64,000 bases of DNA, taken from positions 90,399 to 154,398 of the forward strand of contig JALFCF010000005.1 in assembly GCA_022771205.1 (NCBI GenBank), given 5' to 3'. The notes beneath the pieces were generated by a model. That model saw only the letters and a program-made list of their open reading frames with translations. It made no database searches and was not told where the DNA came from. Below are positions 20,609 through 29,728 of this stretch, one piece after another. Numbering within the stretch: position 1 is the stretch's first letter; each line of letters starts with the position of its first letter. The stretch is from Mycoplasmatota bacterium (GTDB lineage: Bacteria; Bacillota_I; Bacilli_A; RF39; UBA660). Made by a program: the position numbers and the translations under genes.

Positions 20609-20884
20609 CTATTTTTTACGAAATTTTTTAAAAAAAGAAAAAGTAGTATAAAACCCTAAAAATAAAAGAAAATAAAAATAAACATGAACAATCCCATTAT
20701 TTATCATCTGCAATACTAAAAAATATAACAGCGCCATATCCAATAAGAATAACAAAGTAATAATAACTTGAATTATTTTGTTTCTATAAAACAAAAATTG
20801 ATAATGAAGATTAAATAAAAAAGAAAAGAAAACACCATACAAAAAAGAAAAAAGAAAAGAAATAATTTGTATTTTTAAATTCAT
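20609..20884 (-). CDS. yabQ: YabQ-like small membrane protein (spore cortex/coat associated)
   Basis: 91 aa with 3 TM helices. Start overlaps the yabP stop (ATGA). Assigned by position and topology only. Confidence 0.45.
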   Translation of the reverse strand: MNLKIQIISFLFSFLYGVFFSFLFNLHYQFLFYRNKIIQVIITLLFLLDMALLYFLVLQMINNGIVHVYFYFLLFLGFYTTFSFFKKFRKK

Positions 20885-21171
20885 TATTTAAACAAACGAT
20901 TAAATATACTATTTTCTTTATCTTTTTTTACATCTTCAATATAGGTCATACTATAAATAAGCCCCTTAATAGAAACATTACCTTGCATAGTGTCTAATTT
21001 TATTAACTCTAATCCTTCTCCTTTAATCATTAAGAAACCCATAATAGTATCCAAAAGAAATTGCTCATTATCAAAATTCTCTATTTTCTTAACACCAGTA
21101 ATAACTAAATTTTTTCTTTCTAATAGACTAATACCATGATTGTAATTGTTGATTGTATCTTGTTTATCCAT
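20884..21171 (-). CDS. yabP: sporulation protein YabP
   Basis: LVITGVKKIENFDNEQFLLDTIMGFLMIKGEGLELIKLD..GNVSIKG matches the YabP family. Confidence 0.65.
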   Translation of the reverse strand: MDKQDTINNYNHGISLLERKNLVITGVKKIENFDNEQFLLDTIMGFLMIKGEGLELIKLDTMQGNVSIKGLIYSMTYIEDVKKDKENSIFNRLFK

Positions 21172-21231
21172 AAAATCCTCCTGATAAATAATATGCTAAA
21201 TTAAAAAAATTATACAAAAAAAGAAGACTTA

Positions 21232-21510
21232 CTAGTCTTCATTTTCAGTTGGCTCTTCAGCTTTTTCATAAGCATCTAAAATTGCTTCTTCAAACATTGC
21301 TCTCACTTCTGGATTAATTGGATGAGCAACATCACGATAACCACCAGTAGCTGTCTTTCGGCTAGGCATAGCTATGAATAGTCCGTTGTCTCCATCAATG
21401 ATTCGAATATCATGTACTGCAAAACTATCATCTAATAATACAGAAGCAATACCCTTCATACGAGATCCTTCCTTATTAATTTTGCGTACATTTACAGATG
21501 TAATTTTCAT
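21232..21510 (-). CDS. spoVG: septation/sporulation regulator SpoVG
   Basis: MKITSVNVRKINKEGSRMKGIASVLLDDSFAVHDIRIIDGDNGLFIAMPSRK, a near-canonical SpoVG. Confidence 0.88.
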   Translation of the reverse strand: MKITSVNVRKINKEGSRMKGIASVLLDDSFAVHDIRIIDGDNGLFIAMPSRKTATGGYRDVAHPINPEVRAMFEEAILDAYEKAEEPTENED

Positions 21511-21604
21511 GTAATATTCCTCCCTCTTAAAGTATTACACTTTACACTTTAATTCTATAATAATTCCTAAAAAATTGCAATGATTTTTACACTTTAGAAA
21601 GAGT
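21511..21604 (-). promoter_or_regulatory. spoVG upstream region with sigma-A-like promoter and three copies of TAAAGTGTAA
   Basis: On the minus strand: TTGCAA, a 17-nt spacer, then TAGAAT. The 10-mer TTACACTTTA (plus-strand notation) occurs at 21535-44, 21542-51 and 21587-96. Confidence 0.3.
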
Positions 21605-21817
21605 TTAAGGTAAAATTTCTAAACTTTGAGTCAAAATATCACTATAACTAAATGTTTTTATTTTATTATTTTCAGTTTCAATAGTAAATATTGCTGGATA
21701 TAAATCAACAATCACACCATGAAATTCATCTACTTGATTTCGTGAACCATGAAAGCGAAAAGAGCACTTTATACCTTGATTTTGTTCTACAACTTTCTTT
21801 ATATTATCAATCATCAT
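21605..21817 (-). CDS. veg: Veg-family small protein
   Basis: FRFHGSRNQVDEFHGVIVDLYPAIFTIE...FSYSDILT resembles Veg. Confidence 0.65.
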   Translation of the reverse strand: MMIDNIKKVVEQNQGIKCSFRFHGSRNQVDEFHGVIVDLYPAIFTIETENNKIKTFSYSDILTQSLEILP

Positions 21818-22578
21818 CTTGGATACCCCACATACATAGTACCATTAGTGATAATTCCTCCCATTCCATCTTTACCATACTTTGTTTTTTCTAAGATGTG
21901 AATTAAATCTATGCTTTTATTTCTATCTGCTAATGCTAAAGAACAGGCTAAAATTGCTGGATCCAACGCATGAATATTAATTCTTTTAGGACTTGAAGCA
22001 AAATTAGCACCTGCTTTTATTAATTCTTCATAATTAGACTGACAAGCCCCCGCTATAATAATTAACTTATCTTGACTTTTTTCATATTTCCTAGCTTCTC
22101 TTACAGCTTCAATAAAATTCAAAGAGTTTTGATAATCTCCTCTATTTTTCTTTAAATAAGCATCATGACCAGTTATCACAACTATATCAGGCTGAAATTC
22201 ATCTAATAATCCATGAATTTTTCTAGGTATTTCTATCTCAGAAACAGTAAGACCATTAGCTTTTACGTTCATTTCCTTATAAAAATTCATACATCTTTTT
22301 AAATAATCACTATCCCCATCAATATGTAAAATCTTACCAGGTAAATAAAAATACTGACTCCTATCCATTTCTAAACTTCTTAAACTTTTTTCCACTATCT
22401 GTTTGTCAGAATCCAAAGAAACATTAGTCTTAACTAAATCAGATAACAAACTATCTGCATAAAGTCTTAAATCAGCACCTTTTAAAAATGCAATATTTCC
22501 ATCAATAGAAACTATTTTAAAAACGATATCATGATTATGAGAAATCCTTGTAACATAATCACCTTCATGAAAATCCAT
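21814..22578 (-). CDS. yabG: sporulation-specific protease YabG
   Basis: N-terminus MDFHEGDYVTRISHNHDIVFKIVSIDGNIAFLKG..LRLYADS is YabG-like. Located between ksgA and veg. Confidence 0.65.
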   Translation of the reverse strand: MDFHEGDYVTRISHNHDIVFKIVSIDGNIAFLKGADLRLYADSLLSDLVKTNVSLDSDKQIVEKSLRSLEMDRSQYFYLPGKILHIDGDSDYLKRCMNFYKEMNVKANGLTVSEIEIPRKIHGLLDEFQPDIVVITGHDAYLKKNRGDYQNSLNFIEAVREARKYEKSQDKLIIIAGACQSNYEELIKAGANFASSPKRINIHALDPAILACSLALADRNKSIDLIHILEKTKYGKDGMGGIITNGTMYVGYPR

Positions 22579-22623
22579 ACTATCATCTCCACTAGATTAT
22601 ATGCAAAAAAAAAAAGAAATATT

Positions 22624-23424
22624 CTAACCAGCTAACGCATTAGCAATAGCTACAAATATTTCAACAGATAATTGTTCAGCACGAACAGTTAAATCATAAT
22701 CATAATCTTGAAGTACTGAACGAATAATATTTAAATCGTATTTCTTTAAATTATTTCGCAAATTTTTTCTTTTAAATTGAAAACTATCTCTAACTACTTT
22801 AAAAAATAAATCTCTATCTTTTAAATTTAACACCACATCTTTTTTTGTAAAAGATATAACTACACTATCTACATTAGGTTCAGGAACAAACTCTTTTCTA
22901 GAAACCAAAAATTCCTTTTTAACATCATAAAAATAAGATAGAAAGACACTAATAGAACCATATTCTCTGCTTCCAGGAGAAGCACAAAATCTATTTCCTA
23001 CTTCTTTTTGAACCATCATACATATCTTTTTAAAATTTAAATTACTATTAACAATCTTCATAATAATAGGTGTAGTTATATAATAAGGAACATTACTAAT
23101 AAAATATAAATTACTATAAGAAAACCTAGATATATCATATTCCAAAGAACTATTTAAAAAATCTTGAAATAGTATATCAACGTTAGAAAATTCACTCAAT
23201 TTATTAGTTAACTCTACCTTCAAATCTTCATCTATTTCATAAGCTAGCACATGTCCTGCCCTTTTAGCAAGTTCCTGAGTTAAAATAGCACCACCAGGAC
23301 CAACTTCTATTACTAAATCATCCTTAGTTAAAGAACAAACATCAGCTATTCGTTCCACAACTACTTTTCGTTTTAAAAAATTTTGACCAAATTTTTTCTT
23401 AAATGTTACATCATAATGTTCCAT
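22624..23424 (-). CDS. rsmA: 16S rRNA (adenine1518/1519-N6)-dimethyltransferase
   Basis: KKKFGQNFL motif. Start set to ATG at 23424; the track start is a TTG. Confidence 0.85.
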   Translation of the reverse strand: MEHYDVTFKKKFGQNFLKRKVVVERIADVCSLTKDDLVIEVGPGGAILTQELAKRAGHVLAYEIDEDLKVELTNKLSEFSNVDILFQDFLNSSLEYDISRFSYSNLYFISNVPYYITTPIIMKIVNSNLNFKKICMMVQKEVGNRFCASPGSREYGSISVFLSYFYDVKKEFLVSRKEFVPEPNVDSVVISFTKKDVVLNLKDRDLFFKVVRDSFQFKRKNLRNNLKKYDLNIIRSVLQDYDYDLTVRAEQLSVEIFVAIANALAG

Positions 23425-23472
23425 AATATCACCACACAAAATATACCACAATAAAAAAAGAAAGACAATAAA

Positions 23473-24159
23473 TTAAATAATTTCAATGTCTTCGTCACTT
23501 AACAAGCTCTTTTTCAATTTTCTGATTTTGATTAATTTACGTACCCTAATTACTTCTGTCATAATTAAATATAAAACAGGTAAAGCAATACAAAGAATCC
23601 ATCCAAAATAAGTAGATAAAAACCATCTAACATAACCCAACTTTGGAATTCTAAATAAAACTTTCCCATAAACGTTTTCTTCTCTAACCAAAATAGCATC
23701 AGCAACATTATTGTTGTCACCTTTAGTACGATACAATAAAGTTCCATCATTAGCTTCCACTATACCTATAATTCGATGAGTAACAACTTTCCCAGCATAA
23801 TAGGAATCTGTAGATAAATAACTAATAATATCACCTTGTTTTAACTTTTTTGGTGAAACTCTAGCAATAATAATGGCATCTTGAACATTAATTGTAGGAA
23901 CCATACTTGGACTTACTATAACATACGCATCAAACAGAGGTGGTTTATTTTCCCCAGAACGTAGATTATATAATAAATCTACAAAATAGAAAATGAAAAA
24001 AAGAAAAATAAGGGCTAATAAAAGAAAAACAACATACAAAAACACTTTAGTTACAAAATGAAAAAAGAATTGTATGACTTCTTTTATAGAAACAACATCA
24101 TCATGATTTGTATCAAAATATTGTTTCATAATAAGCCTCCTATCTATCATTATCTCCAT
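23473..24159 (-). CDS. sipW: ER/archaeal-type signal peptidase I (S26B, SipW-like) with extra N- and C-terminal TM segments
   Basis: VSPSMVPTI catalytic Ser region and THRIIG...TKGDNNNVAD, a Sec11/SipW-type motif. C-terminal TM helix. Confidence 0.65.
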   Translation of the reverse strand: MEIMIDRRLIMKQYFDTNHDDVVSIKEVIQFFFHFVTKVFLYVVFLLLALIFLFFIFYFVDLLYNLRSGENKPPLFDAYVIVSPSMVPTINVQDAIIIARVSPKKLKQGDIISYLSTDSYYAGKVVTHRIIGIVEANDGTLLYRTKGDNNNVADAILVREENVYGKVLFRIPKLGYVRWFLSTYFGWILCIALPVLYLIMTEVIRVRKLIKIRKLKKSLLSDEDIEII

Positions 24160-24221
24160 GATAACACGTGAAAATCAAAAAAACTAGTTTTAAGCAGAAA
24201 AAAAAGAAGAGTTGACATCCT

Positions 24222-24845
24222 CTACATAGCTTTTGCTACAACATTCAATTTAATATTAAAATCACGACTAATAGAGTCAATTACAGTATCCTGAGCAACC
24301 CACATACGCAATCTAAAACTATCTTTTATTTCTTTATCATGACTTGTCATATTAGATAACGTTCCCGAATATAATATCATACTTCCCTTCTTGCTACCCA
24401 AAAAACTATTATTCTCTAACGGAATAAAAGGCTGTGGATTTTGAGTAATTAATGTAGATTTATATGCATTATCTTCGTACTTTTCCAAATAAAATCTTAC
24501 ATCAGAATTAGAAAGAGTCGGTTTATCAGTTTTAATTTTTTCTACATAAATTTCATAATTAAGCGTTGTTTGTGCAGAAAGCATAGATTGTACTTCAAAA
24601 TCATAGACATTATTATCATCTAACATCATTCCATCTACATCAGAAGCAGGCATAGCATTTTCCATAGATAAAGCACCGTTTTCATTTTTCAATTTTAAAG
24701 ATATAGTTCCAGTAGAAATACCATTTATTTGAGAATCTTCAAAAACTGTAACAAAAGTAGCATAAGATACACCAACAAATGCAATAATTAAAACAGCAAT
24801 GCTAATAATAGATAATAAGATTTGTTTTGACTCAGTTTGTATCAT
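24222..24845 (-). CDS. TasA/camelysin-like secreted protein with SipW-cognate signal peptide (paralog 1)
   Basis: Start ATG at 24845 behind GGAGG. After the signal peptide and SYA, TFVTVFEDSQINGISTGTISLKL matches the A-x-F-x-D-x-E-x-S...GTLDL SipW-cognate motif. C-terminal FRLRMW block. Confidence 0.55.
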   Translation of the reverse strand: MIQTESKQILLSIISIAVLIIAFVGVSYATFVTVFEDSQINGISTGTISLKLKNENGALSMENAMPASDVDGMMLDDNNVYDFEVQSMLSAQTTLNYEIYVEKIKTDKPTLSNSDVRFYLEKYEDNAYKSTLITQNPQPFIPLENNSFLGSKKGSMILYSGTLSNMTSHDKEIKDSFRLRMWVAQDTVIDSISRDFNIKLNVVAKAM

Positions 24846-24916
24846 AAAAAAGCCTCCATATACTCCATGTATATTATGATATATATCACTCAAAACATAA
24901 AAGACTTCAAAGAAGT

Positions 24917-25510
24917 CTAATTTGCTTGTCCAAACACTTTAACTTTAACAGAATAAACTCCAGAAGGATCTACTACAGCACCTTCTCTAATCCACATTCT
25001 CAATCTATAATTAACTACCTTTTCAGATGAAAGTGTTACTTTATCTACAACCATAGATTTAGCTGGACTACCTAAAGATGTCTTTTTCTTACTTGGCATA
25101 AAGATTTTGGGATCATCAACCTTAGCATAACTACCACTATTCTGTTTTTCTAAATAGATTACAACATCATTATCAGAAATAGTAGATTCTGAATCTTTGA
25201 TTAAAGCAATTTCGTATTGTACTGACGAATCTTCATCAAGTTGAGAAGAAACTGCAAAATCAAAATAACTACCTTCTGTTCGTAAAGCTTTACCAACTTC
25301 ATTAGACATAGGAGTCAAATTTGCAAGTTTAAAATCAGCAGTTGATGTTTTATAATTCATTGTAACAACACTATTTTTAATGACTTCATTAACATTATTC
25401 TTTTGATGTTTAAAAAACATTATAAACGAAAAAATAACAACTAAAATTAAAATTACACTAATCCCTAAAATTATAAATAAAATATTCTTTGTTTTATAAC
25501 TATTATCCAT
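24917..25510 (-). CDS. diverged TasA-like paralog 2 (N-terminal TM anchor)
   Basis: Shares the ...L-x-N-x-x-P/MS..VG, YEI, V-x-x-YLE and YRLRMW blocks with paralog 1. Follows it after a 23-nt gap. Confidence 0.45.
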   Translation of the reverse strand: MDNSYKTKNILFIILGISVILILVVIFSFIMFFKHQKNNVNEVIKNSVVTMNYKTSTADFKLANLTPMSNEVGKALRTEGSYFDFAVSSQLDEDSSVQYEIALIKDSESTISDNDVVIYLEKQNSGSYAKVDDPKIFMPSKKKTSLGSPAKSMVVDKVTLSSEKVVNYRLRMWIREGAVVDPSGVYSVKVKVFGQAN

Positions 25511-25518
25511 ATTTCCTC

Positions 25519-26121
25519 CTAATCCATTATTCGAACATAAAGATTTACTTTAAAATTACGTATTTCTGTAGTAATAGGATAAGTATCAGCCAACCACATA
25601 CGTAACCTAAAAGTTTTCACTTCATTCTCTTTTAACGTCCCTGAATAAATTTTTTTACCAGCAGGATTTGTTCTGGCAACTTTCAAATCATGATAAGTAG
25701 GAATTTTATCTCGATAATCATCGAATGGTAAATCATTATGACCATCTGTTAAATAAACTTTTACATAATCGCTAGGAAGTTCCAAAGAAACTCCAGTTTG
25801 AATAGCGTAAATTTCATAATCAATAGATTTCATCCCATCAAAATTAGCAGAAACAGTAAATTCACTATAACCATATTTTGTCTGATTAGGAGTAAAAGTT
25901 AACTGTTTACCAACAACATCTGTAATCGGCATAGAATTATCTACTACAAGATCAGATGAATTATCAGAATAAGACAAAATTAATGTTGCATTTTTAATAT
26001 CTTGCTTATTATTATAGAAATAAAGAAATAAGCAAAATATTAAAGAAAAAATAGCAATCAAAACTAAAACAACTGAAATAAAAAGTGTATTGTTATGAGT
26101 TAATTTTTTCAAATGTTTCAT
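25519..26121 (-). CDS. diverged TasA-like paralog 3 (N-terminal TM anchor)
   Basis: Shares the DNSMPITDVVG, YEIY, VKVYL and FRLRMW blocks with paralogs 1 and 2. Separated from paralog 2 by an 8-nt gap. Confidence 0.45.
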   Translation of the reverse strand: MKHLKKLTHNNTLFISVVLVLIAIFSLIFCLFLYFYNNKQDIKNATLILSYSDNSSDLVVDNSMPITDVVGKQLTFTPNQTKYGYSEFTVSANFDGMKSIDYEIYAIQTGVSLELPSDYVKVYLTDGHNDLPFDDYRDKIPTYHDLKVARTNPAGKKIYSGTLKENEVKTFRLRMWLADTYPITTEIRNFKVNLYVRIMD

Positions 26122-26177
26122 ATAGCAACCCCTATCTTATAGTATTAAGGATACACTATTTTGATAACTTTTTCAAC

Positions 26178-26930
26178 TTAATCTAAATTAAAAACTTTTT
26201 TAGCAGTAGAAGTAGTAATTTCAGCCACCTCAGAAACAGTGATTTTTTTTAGATTAGCAATTTCTAATGCAATAAGCGGAATATATTTAGAACTATTTTG
26301 TTTACCACGATAAGGTGTAGGTGTTAAATAAGGACTATCAGTTTCTAAAACAATATCATTTATAGAAATTTGCTCAACAACATTTTTTAAATTACTATTC
26401 TTAAACGTTACAACACCACCAATACCTAATACAAATCCCATTTTTATATACTCTCGTGCAGTTTCTAGACTACCACTAAAGCAATGAATAACTCCAGTAA
26501 CACGATATTTTTTTAAGCATTGAATGGTATCATAGGTAGCATCTCTACTATGAATAACAACTGGTAATTCATATTTTTCTGCTAATTTCAATTGCTTTTC
26601 AAATAATGACAATTGCTCACATCTTGATTCCTTTCCGTAATGATAATCCAATCCGATTTCACCTACACCAACAACCTTATCTGAATGCAATTGCTTTTCT
26701 AATAAATTAAGATCTTTATCTGATGTAATAGTTGATTCAGAAGGATGATACCCTATTGTTACATAAACATCAGAATATTTATTACTATATTCCAAAGACT
26801 CTACTATACTATTCCTAGTACATCCTGAAATAATAATAGGACTAACTCCTTCTTTTCTATCATCTTGCAAAACCTGTTCAATATCTTCATAATCTTCCTT
26901 TGATAAATGACAATGTGTATCTATAAACAT
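26178..26930 (-). CDS. tatD: TatD-family metal-dependent DNase/hydrolase
   Basis: MFIDTHCHL...GEIGLDYHY...HSRDA...HCFSG motifs. Start ATG at 26930 behind GGAGG. Confidence 0.8.
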   Translation of the reverse strand: MFIDTHCHLSKEDYEDIEQVLQDDRKEGVSPIIISGCTRNSIVESLEYSNKYSDVYVTIGYHPSESTITSDKDLNLLEKQLHSDKVVGVGEIGLDYHYGKESRCEQLSLFEKQLKLAEKYELPVVIHSRDATYDTIQCLKKYRVTGVIHCFSGSLETAREYIKMGFVLGIGGVVTFKNSNLKNVVEQISINDIVLETDSPYLTPTPYRGKQNSSKYIPLIALEIANLKKITVSEVAEITTSTAKKVFNLD

Positions 26931-26958
26931 AAAATACCTCCAAAATAAAAATATCACA

Positions 26959-27132
26959 TTAATGATATTTTTTCCACTGACAATATTTCATACTAAAAGA
27001 ATATATTAATATAAAAAACAAATAACAAATATCTAAAATATTTTTGGTAACACTTATGTAAATAATCATAAAAAAAGTTCCAATAAAGAATACCAAATTC
27101 ACTGTAAAAAACTGCATAACACTTTTTGACAT
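26959..27132 (-). CDS. possible 57-aa small hydrophobic protein
   Basis: ATG at 27132, 7 nt after AAGGA. MSKSVMQFFTVNLVFFIGTFFMIIYISVTKNILDICYLFFILIYSFSMKYCQWKKYH. Below the ORF-track length cutoff. No homology recognised. Confidence 0.25.
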   Translation of the reverse strand: MSKSVMQFFTVNLVFFIGTFFMIIYISVTKNILDICYLFFILIYSFSMKYCQWKKYH

Positions 27133-27227
27133 AATTTTATCCTTTCTTACAGCAACTTCCTTTTCACTATAACATAATTAAAAAAAGAAAAAAAACAATA
27201 TGTTCTTTTCTTTTTTTATTTGACAAA

Positions 27228-28769
27228 TTATTTTACATGTTCTTCGAAAAATTTATCACGATCTATTCTTTGAAATAATACACTAGGTGTATTTAAATGA
27301 TATTCATTAGAAGCGTTATATGAAGGAACAACATCTGAAATATTTAGTTGTTTTCTAATCTCGTTACTGGTACCTGGCATAAAAGGTTCTAAATAAAGTG
27401 AGCAAACTCTAATAGCTTCTAATAAATGATAAATAACATTTTGCAATCTTTTACTTTTATTTGCATCTTTAGCAAGTACCCATGGAGTAGTCTCATCAAT
27501 ATATTTATTAGTAAAACGTAATACATTAAATATTTCAGTAATAGCTTCACTAATTTGTAACATTTCCATCTTATTATCTACTAACTGTTCTAAATCTTTC
27601 AATTTGTTTTCTAATTCAAAATCAATTTCTTCAACTTCCTCAGAACTTTTTACTACTCCATCAAAATATTTATTACCCATAGAAATAGATCTTTGAACTA
27701 AATTTCCCAACACATTAGCCAATTCACCATTTATATGATCAATTAATAAATCATAAGTAATATTTCCATCACTTGAAAAAGGTATTTCATGAAGTAAATA
27801 ATAGCGAACAGCATCTACACCAAATAAATTGACTAATTCATCTGCATAAATAACATTTCCCTTTGATTTACTCATCTTATCATTGTTCATCAATAACCAC
27901 GGATGACCAAATATCTTTTTTGGAAGAGGTAAATTTAAAGACCATAAGAAACAAGGCCAATAAATTGAATGAAAACGAACAATATCTTTGCCAATAACTT
28001 GTAAATCTGCAGGCCATAATTTTTTAAATTGATCACTAACTTCATCAATATCATAACCGATATTAGTAATATAATTAGTAAGGGCATCTAACCACACATA
28101 AACAACATGATTAGAATCAAATTCAACAGGTATTCCCCATTTAAATGATGTTCGTGAAACACACAAATCCTGCAATCCTGGTTTAATAAAATTATTCAAC
28201 ATTTCATTCTTTCTTGCTTCTGGCTGAATAAAATCAGGATGAGTTTCAATATAATCTTCCAATTTTTTTTGATATTTACTTAATCTGAAGAAATAAGATT
28301 CTTCTTTTGCTTCTTTTACCTCTCTACCACAATCAGGACATTTTCCATCAATAAGCTGAGATTCAGTCCAAAAAGATTCACAGGGTGTACAATAAAGCCC
28401 AGTGTATTCACCTTTATAGATATCACCTTGATCATACATTTTCTTAAAAATATGTTGAACTATTTTTTTATGATGTGTATCAGTTGTTCTCACAAACTTA
28501 TCATAACTAGTATTCATTAAATCCCAAATACGTTTAACCTCAGCAGCTTGAATATCAACAAACTCTTGAGGACTAAGACCTGCATCACGAGCTTTATCTT
28601 CAATTTTTTGTCCATGTTCATCAGTACCAGTTTGAAAATAAACATCATATCCCTTAAATCTTTTATATCTAGCTATAGCATCAGCCAAAACAATTTCATA
28701 AGTATTTCCTATATGTGGTTTTCCAGATGTATAAGCTATCGCGGTTGTTAAATAAAACTTCTTATTCAT
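27228..28769 (-). CDS. metS: methionine--tRNA ligase (short form, no C-terminal tRNA-binding domain)
   Basis: HIGN (AYTSGKPHIGNTYE) and KMSKS motifs; zinc knuckle CPDCG. Confidence 0.92.
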   Translation of the reverse strand: MNKKFYLTTAIAYTSGKPHIGNTYEIVLADAIARYKRFKGYDVYFQTGTDEHGQKIEDKARDAGLSPQEFVDIQAAEVKRIWDLMNTSYDKFVRTTDTHHKKIVQHIFKKMYDQGDIYKGEYTGLYCTPCESFWTESQLIDGKCPDCGREVKEAKEESYFFRLSKYQKKLEDYIETHPDFIQPEARKNEMLNNFIKPGLQDLCVSRTSFKWGIPVEFDSNHVVYVWLDALTNYITNIGYDIDEVSDQFKKLWPADLQVIGKDIVRFHSIYWPCFLWSLNLPLPKKIFGHPWLLMNNDKMSKSKGNVIYADELVNLFGVDAVRYYLLHEIPFSSDGNITYDLLIDHINGELANVLGNLVQRSISMGNKYFDGVVKSSEEVEEIDFELENKLKDLEQLVDNKMEMLQISEAITEIFNVLRFTNKYIDETTPWVLAKDANKSKRLQNVIYHLLEAIRVCSLYLEPFMPGTSNEIRKQLNISDVVPSYNASNEYHLNTPSVLFQRIDRDKFFEEHVK

Positions 28770-28774
28770 AATAT

Positions 28775-29025
28775 CCCTCCTAAAAAAAAACTATTATAAA
28801 TATAAGGACGAAAACTCGCGGTACCACCTTATTTTATAATAGTAAATATTATACGCTTAAATAGTTAACGCCTATCTACGATTACACCTACATATCGATG
28901 CAATAGTTCAGAAGCCATATCATATAAAATGTTCATATCCATTTCCACCACCAGGACTCTCTATAACAAACATTGCTTATAAGACTCTTCCTCAAAACAA
29001 TCAATATGGCTAGAGTATAACACAA
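28775..29025 (-). promoter_or_regulatory. T-box riboswitch leader of metS
   Basis: Minus strand contains AAGGTGGTACCGCGAG (reverse complement of 28815..28830), which matches the T-box consensus AGGGUGGNACCGCG, about 45 nt upstream of the metS SD. The variable N is U, complementary to an A73 discriminator. Confidence 0.55.
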
Positions 29026-29031
29026 AACTAA

Positions 29032-29574
29032 TTATTCTTCAATATGTTTTCCTAAAAATTTAGAAACAACATCTGCCATTTTTTCTTCTACTTGACCAAC
29101 ATTTTGTTCTGAAATAATTAAAACTAATCCAATAGCATCGCCATTCATAATAACGGGAGAAATAATATAAGAATATTGTTCCATTTCAGAATCAAGAAAT
29201 TCAATATTATGTAGTTCCTTCTCAACAACTTTCACACGATCTTTCATAATAATTTCTAAAGATTTAGAAATAGGTTTACCTAAATACTTCTTTTTTAAAT
29301 TTCCGCTAGCTGCAATAAAATTATCACGATCAGTAATAAATACATTTTGCCCTATAACAGAATTAACAATATCTACTAACTGTTTAGAAATTTCATCCAT
29401 ATCTGTCATCTTAGAAAATTTCTTCAAAGCAATCATTTCTCTATCAACAAAAATTTCTAAAGACTCACCATCCCTGATTCTGAGAGTACGGCGAATTTCT
29501 TTTGGAATAACAATTCTTCCTAAATCATCTACTCTTCTAACTACACCTGTTGATTTCATATAATTATTCCTCAC
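29032..29574 (-). CDS. spoVT: stage V sporulation protein T-like regulator (AbrB-type N-domain + GAF-like)
   Basis: GVVRRVDDLGRIVIPKEIRRTLRIRDGESLEIF is the AbrB/SpoVT swapped-hairpin domain; a C-terminal domain of about 120 aa follows. Located downstream of mfd as in Bacillus. Confidence 0.7.
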   Translation of the reverse strand: MRNNYMKSTGVVRRVDDLGRIVIPKEIRRTLRIRDGESLEIFVDREMIALKKFSKMTDMDEISKQLVDIVNSVIGQNVFITDRDNFIAASGNLKKKYLGKPISKSLEIIMKDRVKVVEKELHNIEFLDSEMEQYSYIISPVIMNGDAIGLVLIISEQNVGQVEEKMADVVSKFLGKHIEE

Positions 29575-29728
29575 TTTCCCATACTACTATTATTTCTACT
29601 TTTTTTAAATTTATACCGCTTTTCATAATTTATTATAATCAATATTCCCAAAATTTCCCTTGGTAAATATTTCCATATAAAACAAAAGAAAAAAAAAGAA
29701 GACTTTTTGTTCGCCTTCTTCAATTATT

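Noticed and set aside
23565-23750. 61-aa same-strand ORF inside the sipW-like gene, and 82-aa ORF 15871..16119 inside dusB
   Set aside because: These are alternative frames of conserved genes, with hydrophobic low-complexity translations and no independent start signals.
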